A DNA stretch of 32,000 nucleotides. Source: Candidatus Nitrosopumilus koreensis AR1. Its GTDB lineage: Archaea; Thermoproteota; Nitrososphaeria; Nitrososphaerales; Nitrosopumilaceae. Shown in pieces: positions 1 through 8,702 of this stretch. The translations under genes and the position numbers were made by a program. Each line of letters begins with the position of its first letter. The stretch's first letter is position 1. The notes under the pieces are model-generated. The model was not told where the DNA came from. It searched no databases and saw nothing but the letters and a program-made list of their open reading frames with translations. Location of the stretch: positions 660,001 through 692,000 of the forward strand of contig NC_018655.1 of NCBI RefSeq assembly GCF_000299365.1, written 5' to 3'.

Positions 1-2
1 AG

Positions 3-346
3 GTGATAAAACTGAGTGAGACCCTCTATCCTCCATTTTTAAAATGGGGGCAGTACACATCTCAAGACTCTGAGAATCCTGACACCATAGAGCTCAAGGT
101 TGCTGAAACCAATACCTTTGAGACAGAATTCTCAATCAATGTACTAGCATTGATTAAAGAAAAAAGACATGGAAAGAATACAACGTTAAACTGAAAAACC
201 ATGATTCAGCAAATGCTTCTTTCCTAAACCAGTGGAACAGGATTGCAAAGTCACTTCACAAAGGAGACATACTGGTTCTCAAGACGTGGCTTGGAACATC
301 AAAGAATGGAAGAAAAATCAGGAGGTACAGTCTAGAGAAACTCTAG
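3..346 (+). pseudogene. Hypothetical mobile-element ORF whose frame changes (frame 3 to frame 2) at an A6 tract (160-165); 5' end may lie outside the window
   Basis: Track ORF 3..194 stops at 192-194. Frame 2 is stop-free over 158..346 (63 codons), has no ATG/GTG/TTG, and reads protein-like (..TWKEYNVKLKNHDSANASFLNQWNRIAKSLHKGDILVLKTWLGTSKNGRKIRRYSLEKL). One extra A in gaaaaaaga would join the two parts. Confidence 0.45.
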
Positions 347-378
347 ACTCTCCTTTTTTTGACAATAGTGATGGTATT

Positions 379-695
379 ATGGCAGAAGACAAAGATAAAC
401 TTTTGAAACAGTTAGACGCACTCAAGATTTTTCCAAACAACAAACTAGTAAGAGAATTAAAGAATCAAATTAAAACAAAATTAAAAAATTAGAAATTACA
501 AAACCCATTCCACCAAAGAAAAATCCAAACCTTACACGCTCAAACAAACTAAAGCGATATCACAACTACATCAGGCAAATCAGAAACAACTTTCCAAATC
601 TAAAATACAACCAGATAAGAAAACAGTTTGCAAAACGAAAGCGTGGCGATGACGTATCAATTCCTGATGCAGTATGGCAGAATCCGTCCCCGTAA
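379..695 (+). pseudogene. Small basic protein directly upstream of and overlapping the polymerase gene; frame 1 to frame 3 change at A6 tract 483-488
   Basis: ATG 379 opens MAEDKDKLLKQLDALKIFPNNKLVRELKNQIKTKLKN, with a stop at 490-492. Frame 3 is stop-free over 474..695 (73 sense codons, no start codon) and reads ..LEITKPIPPKKNPNLTRSNKLKRYHNYIRQIRNNFPNLKYNQIRKQFAKRKRGDDVSIPDAVWQNPSP. One extra A in ttaaaaaatt joins them. The 3' end overlaps the polB ATG (674) by 22 nt. Confidence 0.45.
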
Positions 696-2458
696 CTGAC
701 TGCAAGAATCTGAGAAGAGTATTTACAAAAAAGCCTCAGAACAGAGATCCTGCAACATCGCACAAGAGAAGAGTCTATGCAATTGATACAGAAACCTATA
801 ACGGCAACATCTTTCTGATTGCCGACTCTGATGGGAGATTCTTGGATAAAATCACGCCAAAATCATGCCTAGACTGGCTGTTTTGCAGAAAATATGAGGG
901 TTCGTGGTGCTTTTTTTATCATCTCGGGTATGATGCAGAAGTAATTCTGAAACTTTTAGGCTCTGAACTATTCAAGTACAAAAATACTGGAAGACTGAAA
1001 TTCTCCTTTGAAAATTACACCATAGAGTATCATCCAAACAAGTGTCTGAAAATATCAAAGGGACATCACTCTGTGATATTTTATGACATTGCGCAATTCT
1101 ATCATGCAAAACTATCTGATGCATATCAAAACAATATCAGAAAACTACCTAAAGAGTATCTTGACATAAAGTCAAAAAGGAGTCAGTTCTCAATTACATT
1201 TTACAAAAGAAACACAAGAAAAATCAGAGATTACTGCATCACAGACTGCAAACTGACAAAAGAGTTGGCAGAGCACTGGATAAAATTATTCCATGATGCA
1301 TTTGGATTCTATCCTGCAAGATGGGTATCCTCTGGATATCTGGCAGAAAAAGTCTTGATCAACAACGGAATCAATTTCCCAAAGTTTGATGATGTTCCAT
1401 ATGATGTTCAGGAGATGGCGTTTTCATGTTACTATGGAGGACGATTTGAAATTACAAAGCGTGGATTTATTGGAACTGCTTACAAGTATGATATCAACTC
1501 TGCATATCCCCATTCCCTGACAAAGATTCCTGACCTGACCAAAGGACGATGGATTAAAAGAAAGTCAATTCACAAAGATGCAAAACTTGGATTCTTTAGG
1601 ATTATTGCAGACATTCCAGACTGCAAGTATATTCCACCGTTTCCGTTTCGTACCAATGGAATTATTATTTTTCCTAGTGGAAAGTTTGAAACGTATGTTA
1701 CATTACATGAACTAAAAGTTGCAGATTCAAAACATTACAAAATTTTGGATTCATATCAGTTCATTCCAAACGGCAAGCCAGTCTATCCTTTTGAGAAATT
1801 TGTTCATTCAATGTATGATAAAAGACTGGAACTAAAGAAAGACGGAAACCCATTGCAGTTGCCAATCAAGATAATTCTCAATTCAATCTATGGAAAGACT
1901 GGTCAGAAAGTCAATAGAATAATGGGAAATCTGTTCAATCCTGTGATTTTTGCAAGTATTACAGGCATGACTCGTGCCTGCCTGTATGACTTTGTGATGC
2001 AAAATGATATTGAAAATGACGTGGTGTCTTTTGCAACTGATTCAGTATGCACTACCATTCCATTAGATATTGATTCAGAAAGATTAGGAGAATTCTCACT
2101 AGAAGAAAAAGCCGATGATGTGTTTGTATTGCAGAACGGATTCTATCGATTTAACGGAAAGTGGAAACAAAGAGGGATTGGAAAACTAGGTTCTAAGGAG
2201 ATTGAGCATCTTGATACTTTTGAGAAAGATGGAAAACTGTACTATCGGTTCAAGGTATTGAGAAGTTCAAGATTAAGATCCTCAATATTGCAGGATTGCA
2301 TTCCACAGATTGGAAAGATTAGAGAGTATGTGAGGGAAGTTAATTTGAATGCAGATAGAAAAAGACTTTGGCTAAATCAAATTCAATCTGTTGATTCTAG
2401 AACAAAAAATGATTCTGTACCTATATCATTAAGTCATTTTTATAAAGAGACAATTTAG
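674..2458 (+). CDS. polB: Family B DNA polymerase of the protein-primed (pPolB, DNA_pol_B_2-like) type
   Basis: 594 aa. The motifs occur in the canonical order: ExoI YAIDTETY, ExoII YHLGYDAEVI, ExoIII YCITDCKL, PolA YDINSAYPHS, PolB KIILNSIYGKTG, PolC SFATDSV. The small size and motif spelling fit viral/plasmid/casposon pPolBs rather than replicative archaeal PolB. Confidence 0.85.
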   Translation: MAESVPVTDCKNLRRVFTKKPQNRDPATSHKRRVYAIDTETYNGNIFLIADSDGRFLDKITPKSCLDWLFCRKYEGSWCFFYHLGYDAEVILKLLGSELFKYKNTGRLKFSFENYTIEYHPNKCLKISKGHHSVIFYDIAQFYHAKLSDAYQNNIRKLPKEYLDIKSKRSQFSITFYKRNTRKIRDYCITDCKLTKELAEHWIKLFHDAFGFYPARWVSSGYLAEKVLINNGINFPKFDDVPYDVQEMAFSCYYGGRFEITKRGFIGTAYKYDINSAYPHSLTKIPDLTKGRWIKRKSIHKDAKLGFFRIIADIPDCKYIPPFPFRTNGIIIFPSGKFETYVTLHELKVADSKHYKILDSYQFIPNGKPVYPFEKFVHSMYDKRLELKKDGNPLQLPIKIILNSIYGKTGQKVNRIMGNLFNPVIFASITGMTRACLYDFVMQNDIENDVVSFATDSVCTTIPLDIDSERLGEFSLEEKADDVFVLQNGFYRFNGKWKQRGIGKLGSKEIEHLDTFEKDGKLYYRFKVLRSSRLRSSILQDCIPQIGKIREYVREVNLNADRKRLWLNQIQSVDSRTKNDSVPISLSHFYKETI

Positions 2459-2474
2459 TAGATCTTCATAACAT

Positions 2475-3419
2475 ATGATTGAAATTCCTGACGATGTTGA
2501 AAAATGGACTAGAGGAAAAGTAATAGATTTAGTTGATGAGGGATACGATGAGAACGACATATTAGAATTTAAAAAAGAAGTAAATTCTGATAGTGAACGA
2601 TTATCAAAAACAGCATGTGCATTTGCAAATACAAATGGTGGTACAATTATTTTTGGAATTGATAATGATCGTGAAAAAGCATTACATGTTGATCAGAGAG
2701 TTGTAGGTTTAGAAGACTCAGATCAATTAAAAAGAAACATAATTGATAAAATAAAAAACATTCAACCCAGTATTCCTATCAAAAATCTTATTTTTAGAAA
2801 AACGAATATCAAATTACCAAATAAAAGAGTAATTGTTGTTTTGAAAATAGCATCATCCAATAACAAACCTCATCAATACAAACACATCTTTTACAAAAGA
2901 TTGTCTGATGGGAATGAACCTATGGATGTTACTGAAGTTAAACAACTAATGCTAGAATCAGTTAAACAAACACATCACGAAGTTCTGATGATCTTGGAAC
3001 TTAGTTATGTAAAAGAAGCACTAGAAAATACAAAAAAATCATTTATGGAAAATAAAAATTCTTTAGGCAGTCTGGATTATCTTGACATTACATCAACAAT
3101 TCATTTCCAACATCATTTGGCATATGGATATCCGACAGACTTGCCTGTGACATTAATTGAATTGATTCATGAAATTACACGACTTTCTAACCTTCCAAAC
3201 TCTTTTGCTTCAACACTAAATGGTAAACCTCCAAAATTCATAATCGATGATGCAAAAAGTGAAAATTTTTCCGACCCTAAAGAATTTGTCAAAGGGTTGA
3301 TTTTAACACGAATTAATACTGCACTTGAGTGTCTTGAAAAAATATCTCTTATTTTAGAACGAGATTATGTAGAAACTGAATTTATTCATCCTATTCAAAA
3401 TATGCAAGACAAATCCTAA
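2475..3419 (+). CDS. AlbA_2 / Schlafen-like (divergent AAA_4) putative DNA-binding domain protein
   Basis: 314 aa. The N-terminal block LEFKKEVNSDSERLSKTACAFANTNGGTIIFGIDND matches the AlbA_2 signature (lEfK..., AfaNt.GG.l.iGv.d). The C-terminal half is unassigned. Starts 17 nt after the polB stop. Confidence 0.6.
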   Translation: MIEIPDDVEKWTRGKVIDLVDEGYDENDILEFKKEVNSDSERLSKTACAFANTNGGTIIFGIDNDREKALHVDQRVVGLEDSDQLKRNIIDKIKNIQPSIPIKNLIFRKTNIKLPNKRVIVVLKIASSNNKPHQYKHIFYKRLSDGNEPMDVTEVKQLMLESVKQTHHEVLMILELSYVKEALENTKKSFMENKNSLGSLDYLDITSTIHFQHHLAYGYPTDLPVTLIELIHEITRLSNLPNSFASTLNGKPPKFIIDDAKSENFSDPKEFVKGLILTRINTALECLEKISLILERDYVETEFIHPIQNMQDKS

Positions 3420-3465
3420 CTTCCATCATTCTCTAGTCATAACGAAAAACAGCAGTGAATTAGGA

Positions 3466-3585
3466 ACGGAATGGGGGGATTCTATTTTTATTGATAAAGA
3501 GTAAAAAGGCAGTCCCCCCTCCTTACGTACGAAAACATGCGTTGTACTATAGCGAAACGACGGTGTGATTTGTTGGGATTTGTTT
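3466..3585 (+). repeat. Intergenic repeat family, copy G (hairpin subtype, loop flipped)
   Basis: GGGGGG(3473-78)...attgataaagagtaaaaaggca...CCCCCC(3514-19) forms a hairpin. Downstream blocks ttacgtacgaaaa and ggtgtgatttgttgg are colinear with copies E and F. Confidence 0.7.
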
Positions 3586-3687
3586 ATTTTAGAATTGTAT
3601 GGAATTTTAAAAGAAAACGAATTCGAATCATAGTGTAGAAAGATATTGAAAATAATTGTTATGCTATTGATCTAAAAGGCTTACTGA

Positions 3688-4164
3688 TCAGAAGTATGGA
3701 TCGAGGTATGTTTTTTTCGTATCTTTATCAATTACCAGTGCTTTTTTATTTTTAGGTATTGGTACAAAATGCCAATTCACAGATACTGTTTTCTCTCCCA
3801 CCAATCCCAATAATTTCCATAGTTTGTTTGATAATTGAATTCCACTTTTGTCTGTAGTTATATTTTTTAGATCTTTTCCACATTCGGCTTGGGGTCTCTG
3901 TTTCTCTCTCCAGTAGGCATCATCAAATTTATCATCCCATCCCCCGCCATTCCAAGGACCAATATGACCGATTGGCACTATTGCACTTGAAGGAAATGAC
4001 AAAGTAGTTAACTGAATCCATTTTCCTTTCATGTTTGCTGCTGGCAATCCTGCAAAAACACTCTCTGCCATACTGTAGCCGTATGCAGATTTTGATAGTT
4101 TTTTTGGAATTATTGATGCAAAAATATTAGCATTCAAATTATATCTCAGGTTTTTGATATTCAT
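3688..4164 (-). CDS. Hypothetical protein; possible RlpA-like double-psi beta-barrel fold (weak)
   Basis: 158-aa ORF with no competing frame. The pattern SAYGY...VPIGHIGPWNGGGWDD...RPQAECG...SGIQLSNKLWKLLGL loosely recalls DPBB/RlpA-like proteins. Fold call is low confidence. Confidence 0.5.
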   Translation of the reverse strand: MNIKNLRYNLNANIFASIIPKKLSKSAYGYSMAESVFAGLPAANMKGKWIQLTTLSFPSSAIVPIGHIGPWNGGGWDDKFDDAYWREKQRPQAECGKDLKNITTDKSGIQLSNKLWKLLGLVGEKTVSVNWHFVPIPKNKKALVIDKDTKKTYLDPYF

Positions 4165-4289
4165 TACACTATTAACATGCGTGCAAAAGATATTAGTGTT
4201 GATTAGAACGTGTAGGATGCAATGTCATGATTTTAACAACGTAGTTTTTGCGCGATTATATCTATAGACAAATACAATAACATCAAAAC

Positions 4290-4372
4290 ATTTGCTAAAT
4301 GTCGACATATTTGTACATTGTATTTACATAATCATCAGTTTCGCTTAATATGATACGGTTCACTATTACATC
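4290..4372 (+). promoter_or_regulatory. Conserved promoter/leader module, copy c4 (upstream of ferredoxin)
   Basis: atttgctaaatgtcgacatatttgtacattgtatttacataatcatcagtttcgcttaa followed by 24 nt (containing ttcactat) and then ATG 4373. About 75% identical to the copies at 16139 and 14340(-). Confidence 0.55.
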
Positions 4373-4909
4373 ATGCCAATAGCAGAAAACTTTCCAGAAG
4401 GTCTGAAACCAATTGGAAAAATAAAACATGCTGACGGTGAAAACTTTCATCATGTTTGGGGCCCTGGCAGATCAAATGCAGAAGCATTCAAAGATGACAA
4501 GGTAAAAGCTGCTTATGCAAAGAGAGATGAAAAACAGGTTCCATTGGGGATAAGTGGCACAATGGTTGCAGTTGACTGGGACTCTTGTGTTGCAGATGGT
4601 GCATGTATAGAGTCATGTCCTGTCCAAGTATTCCAGTGGTATAGGACTGAAAAAGACACTCCTGCAATAGATGCAATCAATGAAACCTTTGAAGGAACTG
4701 GCAGTTCTGAGAAAGATGAAAGAAAGGACTATACCGACAAGGCAGACCCAATTCGAGAACACGATTGTATATGGTGCATGGCATGCGTTTCTGTTTGTCC
4801 TCCACAGGCAATCAAAGTTGAGCAGGGCAATCTGGAGTTTCATGAAAAGGAAGCTGGAACTTTTGTAAAGATGGAATCAGGTTCTGCAAATCCACATGCG
4901 CATGCTTGA
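4373..4909 (+). CDS. zfx: Zinc-containing dicluster (3Fe-4S + 4Fe-4S) ferredoxin, Sulfolobus Zfx type
   Basis: CVADGACIESCP (CxxDxxCxxxCP) and CIWCMACVSVCP (CxxCxxCxxxCP). VFQWY and KADP blocks and a His-containing N-terminal extension match the Sulfolobus zinc ferredoxin. Confidence 0.9.
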   Translation: MPIAENFPEGLKPIGKIKHADGENFHHVWGPGRSNAEAFKDDKVKAAYAKRDEKQVPLGISGTMVAVDWDSCVADGACIESCPVQVFQWYRTEKDTPAIDAINETFEGTGSSEKDERKDYTDKADPIREHDCIWCMACVSVCPPQAIKVEQGNLEFHEKEAGTFVKMESGSANPHAHA

Positions 4910-5038
4910 TTTTATTCTAAATCTTCACTTAAACATAGATTCTCATCCATAACTATGATTCTAAGACTTCTTTTAGTTTAACATATTCTTCAGGAGAAAT
5001 TTTGCCTTTTGCCAATCTTTTCTTTAGGGTTACAAGAA

Positions 5039-5074
5039 GGGCTTTGCCTTTTTATCTGCAAAAATAGAAATTCC
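5039..5074 (+). repeat. Partial copy (K) of the hairpin module
   Basis: gggctttgccttttta is identical to the left arm of copy F (9078-9093). The rest is diverged. Confidence 0.35.
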
Positions 5075-5155
5075 ATAGAATTATGCGTAAAGTTCCGAGT
5101 GTATAGTGCTTAAGATTCTAAATATTACTTCAATTAGATATTGAATAATGCCTTT

Positions 5156-5548
5156 TTATTTTGATGAATGCCCATCAGAGAGAATTATGCATACAAACAT
5201 TCCTTTGCCTGATATTGCCTGAGCGCTGTGAGTTAGGCCTTTTGGGATGAATATGGTACAGGGAGATGTCACAGTGTATGTCTCATCTTCTAGATCTATT
5301 TTGTACTTTAGCTTAGAGTCTTCAGACAAGATCAAGTTAATCTCATCATTGTCATGTTTGTGAGGGATGCTGTATTCTGGTAGTTTTTTTTCAGCATCAA
5401 CAAAATGTACTGCAATATGCGTATCTGATTGCGGAATCATTTTTTTGCTTAGCATTGAGAGTCGTTTTATTGGTGCTTTTTTATGAAAGGGGACTTTATG
5501 TAATGGCTCATTTACTCCTTTTTTAATTAAATTCCGATACTTTCTCAC
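5156..5548 (-). CDS. Cupin domain protein
   Basis: 130 aa. Cupin motif 1-like PHKHDNDEINLIL and motif 2-like FIPKGLTHSAQ. Confidence 0.6.
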   Translation of the reverse strand: MRKYRNLIKKGVNEPLHKVPFHKKAPIKRLSMLSKKMIPQSDTHIAVHFVDAEKKLPEYSIPHKHDNDEINLILSEDSKLKYKIDLEDETYTVTSPCTIFIPKGLTHSAQAISGKGMFVCIILSDGHSSK

Positions 5549-5628
5549 AGTACTACATTGGATTTTCTATTAAATAACTAGACCTGTTTAGATGAATATT
5601 ATATGCTATTACTATACTACTAGTATTA

Positions 5629-6321
5629 TTGCAATCAGATAGAACCTCTGAATGGTTTGTTCCAAAGTTTGGTCCAAAAAACTTTCGCCGCAGTGTTGGA
5701 ATTTTGTTTTTACCATACACTGCAATCGTTACATGTTTTGCAGTACTAGGTGCAACCTCTGGCAGTTTAGATGTTGGACGAATTGTTGCAATTAGCATAA
5801 TCTATTTTCTGGCACTTGGAGTCAGTGCACATCTACTTGATGCAATAGGTGGAAAGACAAAGCCTTGGGGAGATCTTCCAAAGAGGAAATTATGGAGTAT
5901 CTCCATGATTTCATTAGGTGCTGCATTTTCAATTGGGCTGTACTTTGCATTCTTGGATTCACCCTTGCTTTTTCCAATAGGAATTGCAGAGGGATTCTTT
6001 TTGTTTGCATATAATCTAGAATGGTTTGGTGGAAAATTTCACAACAAGATTACAACCATAATTTCATGGGGAATCCTGCCCGTATTTGCAGGCTCTGCCA
6101 TCCAAACAAACTCAATCACGCTTGAGACAGTGGCAATATCAGGCATTACTGCATTAATCACATATGTGCTAATTAGAAACACCAGGCCCTACAAGATACT
6201 AAAGCAAAACAACGGAGACCAGCAAGAGATTAGACGCAGAGAACTATTTTTGAAGATACTGCCACTGGGAGTAATTATTGGAACAATTTTGTTTTTTATT
6301 GTAAAATATTATGTGATTTAA
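5629..6321 (+). CDS. Integral membrane protein (about 6-7 TM segments)
   Basis: 230 aa with a TTG start. Repeated hydrophobic stretches throughout. No catalytic motif recognised. Confidence 0.6.
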   Translation: MQSDRTSEWFVPKFGPKNFRRSVGILFLPYTAIVTCFAVLGATSGSLDVGRIVAISIIYFLALGVSAHLLDAIGGKTKPWGDLPKRKLWSISMISLGAAFSIGLYFAFLDSPLLFPIGIAEGFFLFAYNLEWFGGKFHNKITTIISWGILPVFAGSAIQTNSITLETVAISGITALITYVLIRNTRPYKILKQNNGDQQEIRRRELFLKILPLGVIIGTILFFIVKYYVI

Positions 6322-6325
6322 GATT

Positions 6326-7003
6326 TCAAATCATTTTTGCAAAAATAATTGATGATGTGTGCCAGGTCATATCATGTCTTGATACGATAAAGTTATTTTT
6401 CTCCAGAGTTTCTGTATAGTCATCAACCCATCTGCTTTCTCGGATTAGATTTGGCAGTTCTTTAAAGGCAAACTTCCAAGAGGGAACAAAGTTTCCTGCA
6501 AACAATAAAATCTCAAAGTAGGCATTCCACAAGTTTTGCAATAATCTGTTTTGTGGAAAAATAAAATCATGCAGTATTATGGTGCCCTTTGGATTCAGAT
6601 GTGAAATGCATTTTTGAATTAAGGTTTTGGGATCACAGTATTTTGGAATGTATGATGAACAGATGCAGTCAAACTTTTCTTTTAGGTCCAACTCTTCTGC
6701 ATCTTGATAAACAAATGAGATGTTTTCAAATCCTGTGGAGTTTTGTTTTGCGATTTGCAGATATGTCTGAGATATGTCTACCCCGGTTATTTTTGCGTGT
6801 GGAAATTTTTGGGCAATCATCCTAGTCAGGATTCCCGTACCACATGCAAGATCTAAAACAGAGTCAGCACTTGGAATATTTTGAATTATCTTGTCTTTCC
6901 AGTACTTGTCTTGTCCAAACGTTGCCCAATTTGCTATTTTATCATAGGTTTTTGCAGTGTCATTAAAAAAGCGCGGAACAAGATTTCTTGGATTTTGGTT
7001 CAC
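6326..7003 (-). CDS. Class I SAM-dependent methyltransferase (UbiE/COQ5-like)
   Basis: 225 aa. Motif I VLDLACGTGILT, with post-I and motif II spacing typical of the UbiE/MenG family. Confidence 0.85.
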   Translation of the reverse strand: MNQNPRNLVPRFFNDTAKTYDKIANWATFGQDKYWKDKIIQNIPSADSVLDLACGTGILTRMIAQKFPHAKITGVDISQTYLQIAKQNSTGFENISFVYQDAEELDLKEKFDCICSSYIPKYCDPKTLIQKCISHLNPKGTIILHDFIFPQNRLLQNLWNAYFEILLFAGNFVPSWKFAFKELPNLIRESRWVDDYTETLEKNNFIVSRHDMTWHTSSIIFAKMI

Positions 7004-7037
7004 TATTGGATTAACACTTCAAATAATTTAAAGAAAT

Positions 7038-7247
7038 TTAAGAAAACTCGTACATTCTTAGCATTATTTCAAAGACTACATAGTATGCAGCATAAAACGC
7101 CAAAAGAACCACTCCAATCAGTAGGCAATTTTTTGCCTTTGAAGGGTCATCTTTTCGTAAGATAAAGTAAGCAATCAGTGCACCAGGCATGCTAAAGAAT
7201 AGCGGTAGGACATACCAAAATAAACTGCGTTCTTTTCTCTCAGACAT
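7038..7247 (-). CDS. Small 2-TM membrane protein
   Basis: 69 aa with two hydrophobic helices (WYVLPLFFSMPGALIAYFIL, LLIGVVLLAFYAAYYVVF). Confidence 0.6.
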   Translation of the reverse strand: MSERKERSLFWYVLPLFFSMPGALIAYFILRKDDPSKAKNCLLIGVVLLAFYAAYYVVFEIMLRMYEFS

Positions 7248-7304
7248 GTCTTAAGAATATCTTTTGTAGCATTTAATCTAAAAATCAAAAATTAGTAATA
7301 GGTG

Positions 7305-7410
7305 AGCTTTGCCTTTTACTCTTTGTCGATAAAAAGGCAATCCCCCCTTTTAGGTTCAAGAATCTGCGGCCTACTAAAACAAGACGAAAGTATGATTTGT
7401 TGGAAAGGGC
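7305..7410 (+). repeat. Intergenic repeat family, copy E (hairpin subtype)
   Basis: gctttgccttttactctttgtcgataaaaaggcaatcccccc, then ggttcaagaatctgcgg, then gtatgatttgttgg. Confidence 0.7.
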
Positions 7411-7547
7411 TTATTTTCTAGAATCTTAGTGTTAAATCATGAAAGATTCTGAAAAACATCATTGCTATTCCATCCATATTATTATGTTCAACCACAATTA
7501 GATTTTGAGGGATATGAATTTGTGCATGGTTTTATATCAGAATTTGA

Positions 7548-8702
7548 CTATTTTGACTTTGTTTTTACTGATTTTTTGTTATCCGACTTTGAATTGTTTG
7601 TATTTTTTTCGTTATTTGATGGTCCAGTTCTATCTGGTTTGCCAGGATCGTCTGGCTTTCCTACTTTGATGTCTGGCTTTCCAAGAGTTTCTGGCATTCC
7701 CCTTGTGTATTCACTTGCATGAGGCGAATCTCCATCATCTGGCTGTATCTGTGTTTCTTCACTTTTTTCTACGATTGATTCTGAGTCTTCTAGTGGGGCT
7801 CCCAATGCTTCTTCAAGTGTATATCCTTTCATTTCTTTGAGAATATCATCTACAAGAACTTTGATTATTGGATCATCTAATAATGCTCCAAATCCGCCCT
7901 CGTTTCCTTCTTGCATAGCAGATATCTTTCTTAATTCTAACATTCTTTGCATTTTTTCTTTGAGTTTCACAAGTTTTTCTTTTAATTTTTCATCATGTAC
8001 CTGATTTAATGAACGCTCAATTGCAGGAATTACAAGATTCCATTCTTTTGACTTTGCAATTTCTTGTAGTGCTTCTTTGTGAAGGTCTTTGTCTAGTCTG
8101 TTTTGTCCTTGTTGCGCATTTCTTATTGCAATCTCATTAATCAGTTTCTGATATTTCTCTTCAGGTCCTTTTCTATCTAAATAATCTTGGATTTTCAACT
8201 TTTTGTTTTTAACTTCTTCTTGTTTTGATTCATTTATCTCAAAGTTCATTTTTTGCTTAGTTATTTTTGCTACTAGTTTTTTTTCTTGAATTAAAAGTCC
8301 AGACTCTCTTTCATGTTCTCGAATAGAATCAATATGGGTTTCTAGCGTTTTGATATATTCTTTTTTTAATGTATCAATATTTGTTTTGAATGGAAATAAT
8401 GAAATATCTTCCATTTTATTTAATTCTAATAGAGAATCCTTGATTTGCATAAATTGAAATACATTGCCTGATAAAGTTATTTCATTGATATTTTCTGGTA
8501 AATTCTGCAAATGAGTTATTTGTAATTCTATGTTTTGTATCTTTTTTCCAATTTTTTCATGTGATTCACCATATGTTTCAGGTATGGCAGCAATTCCTAT
8601 CAAAATTACTCCTAATGCACTCAATAAGAATAACTCTTTTTTATGTAAACAATGAGGGTCTGATTCTATCGAATTCACTTCAAATATGTTATTACATGTC
8701 AA
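7548..8702 (-). CDS. Membrane-anchored coiled-coil protein with Lys/Pro-rich tail
   Basis: 384 aa. N-terminal hydrophobic anchor LFLLSALGVILIGIAAIP, a long heptad-like E/K/L-rich body, and a KPD/K-rich C-terminus. The TTG start is uncertain. Confidence 0.6.
   Translation of the reverse strand: MTCNNIFEVNSIESDPHCLHKKELFLLSALGVILIGIAAIPETYGESHEKIGKKIQNIELQITHLQNLPENINEITLSGNVFQFMQIKDSLLELNKMEDISLFPFKTNIDTLKKEYIKTLETHIDSIREHERESGLLIQEKKLVAKITKQKMNFEINESKQEEVKNKKLKIQDYLDRKGPEEKYQKLINEIAIRNAQQGQNRLDKDLHKEALQEIAKSKEWNLVIPAIERSLNQVHDEKLKEKLVKLKEKMQRMLELRKISAMQEGNEGGFGALLDDPIIKVLVDDILKEMKGYTLEEALGAPLEDSESIVEKSEETQIQPDDGDSPHASEYTRGMPETLGKPDIKVGKPDDPGKPDRTGPSNNEKNTNNSKSDNKKSVKTKSK

Noticed and set aside
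232-378. 5' part of track ORF 232..492 (GTG start, MEQDCKVTSQRRHTGSQDVAW...)
   Set aside because: It overlaps the better, protein-like frame 2 stretch (158..346) and has odd composition. The credible part of this frame starts at ATG 379.
566-763. Minus-strand ORF 566..763
   Set aside because: It is antisense to the basic ORF and the start of polB, and its composition is Cys/Phe/Leu-rich low-complexity, typical of an antisense frame.
4488-4868. ORFs 4488..4676(-), 4613..4843(-) and 4671..4868(+) inside the ferredoxin gene
   Set aside because: The ferredoxin frame carries complete cluster-binding motifs, so these are shadow ORFs.
5553-6010. Minus ORFs 5553..5798 and 5822..6010
   Set aside because: They overlap the + strand multi-TM protein, whose hydrophobic periodicity is coherent, and they have no motifs.
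6589-7165. Plus ORFs 6589..6825 and 6881..7165
   Set aside because: They are antisense to the SAM methyltransferase (motif I present) and to the small membrane protein.
7462-7722. Plus ORF 7462..7722
   Set aside because: It is antisense to the C-terminal Lys/Pro-rich tail of 7548..8702, and its Phe/Asp/Ser low-complexity mirrors that tail.
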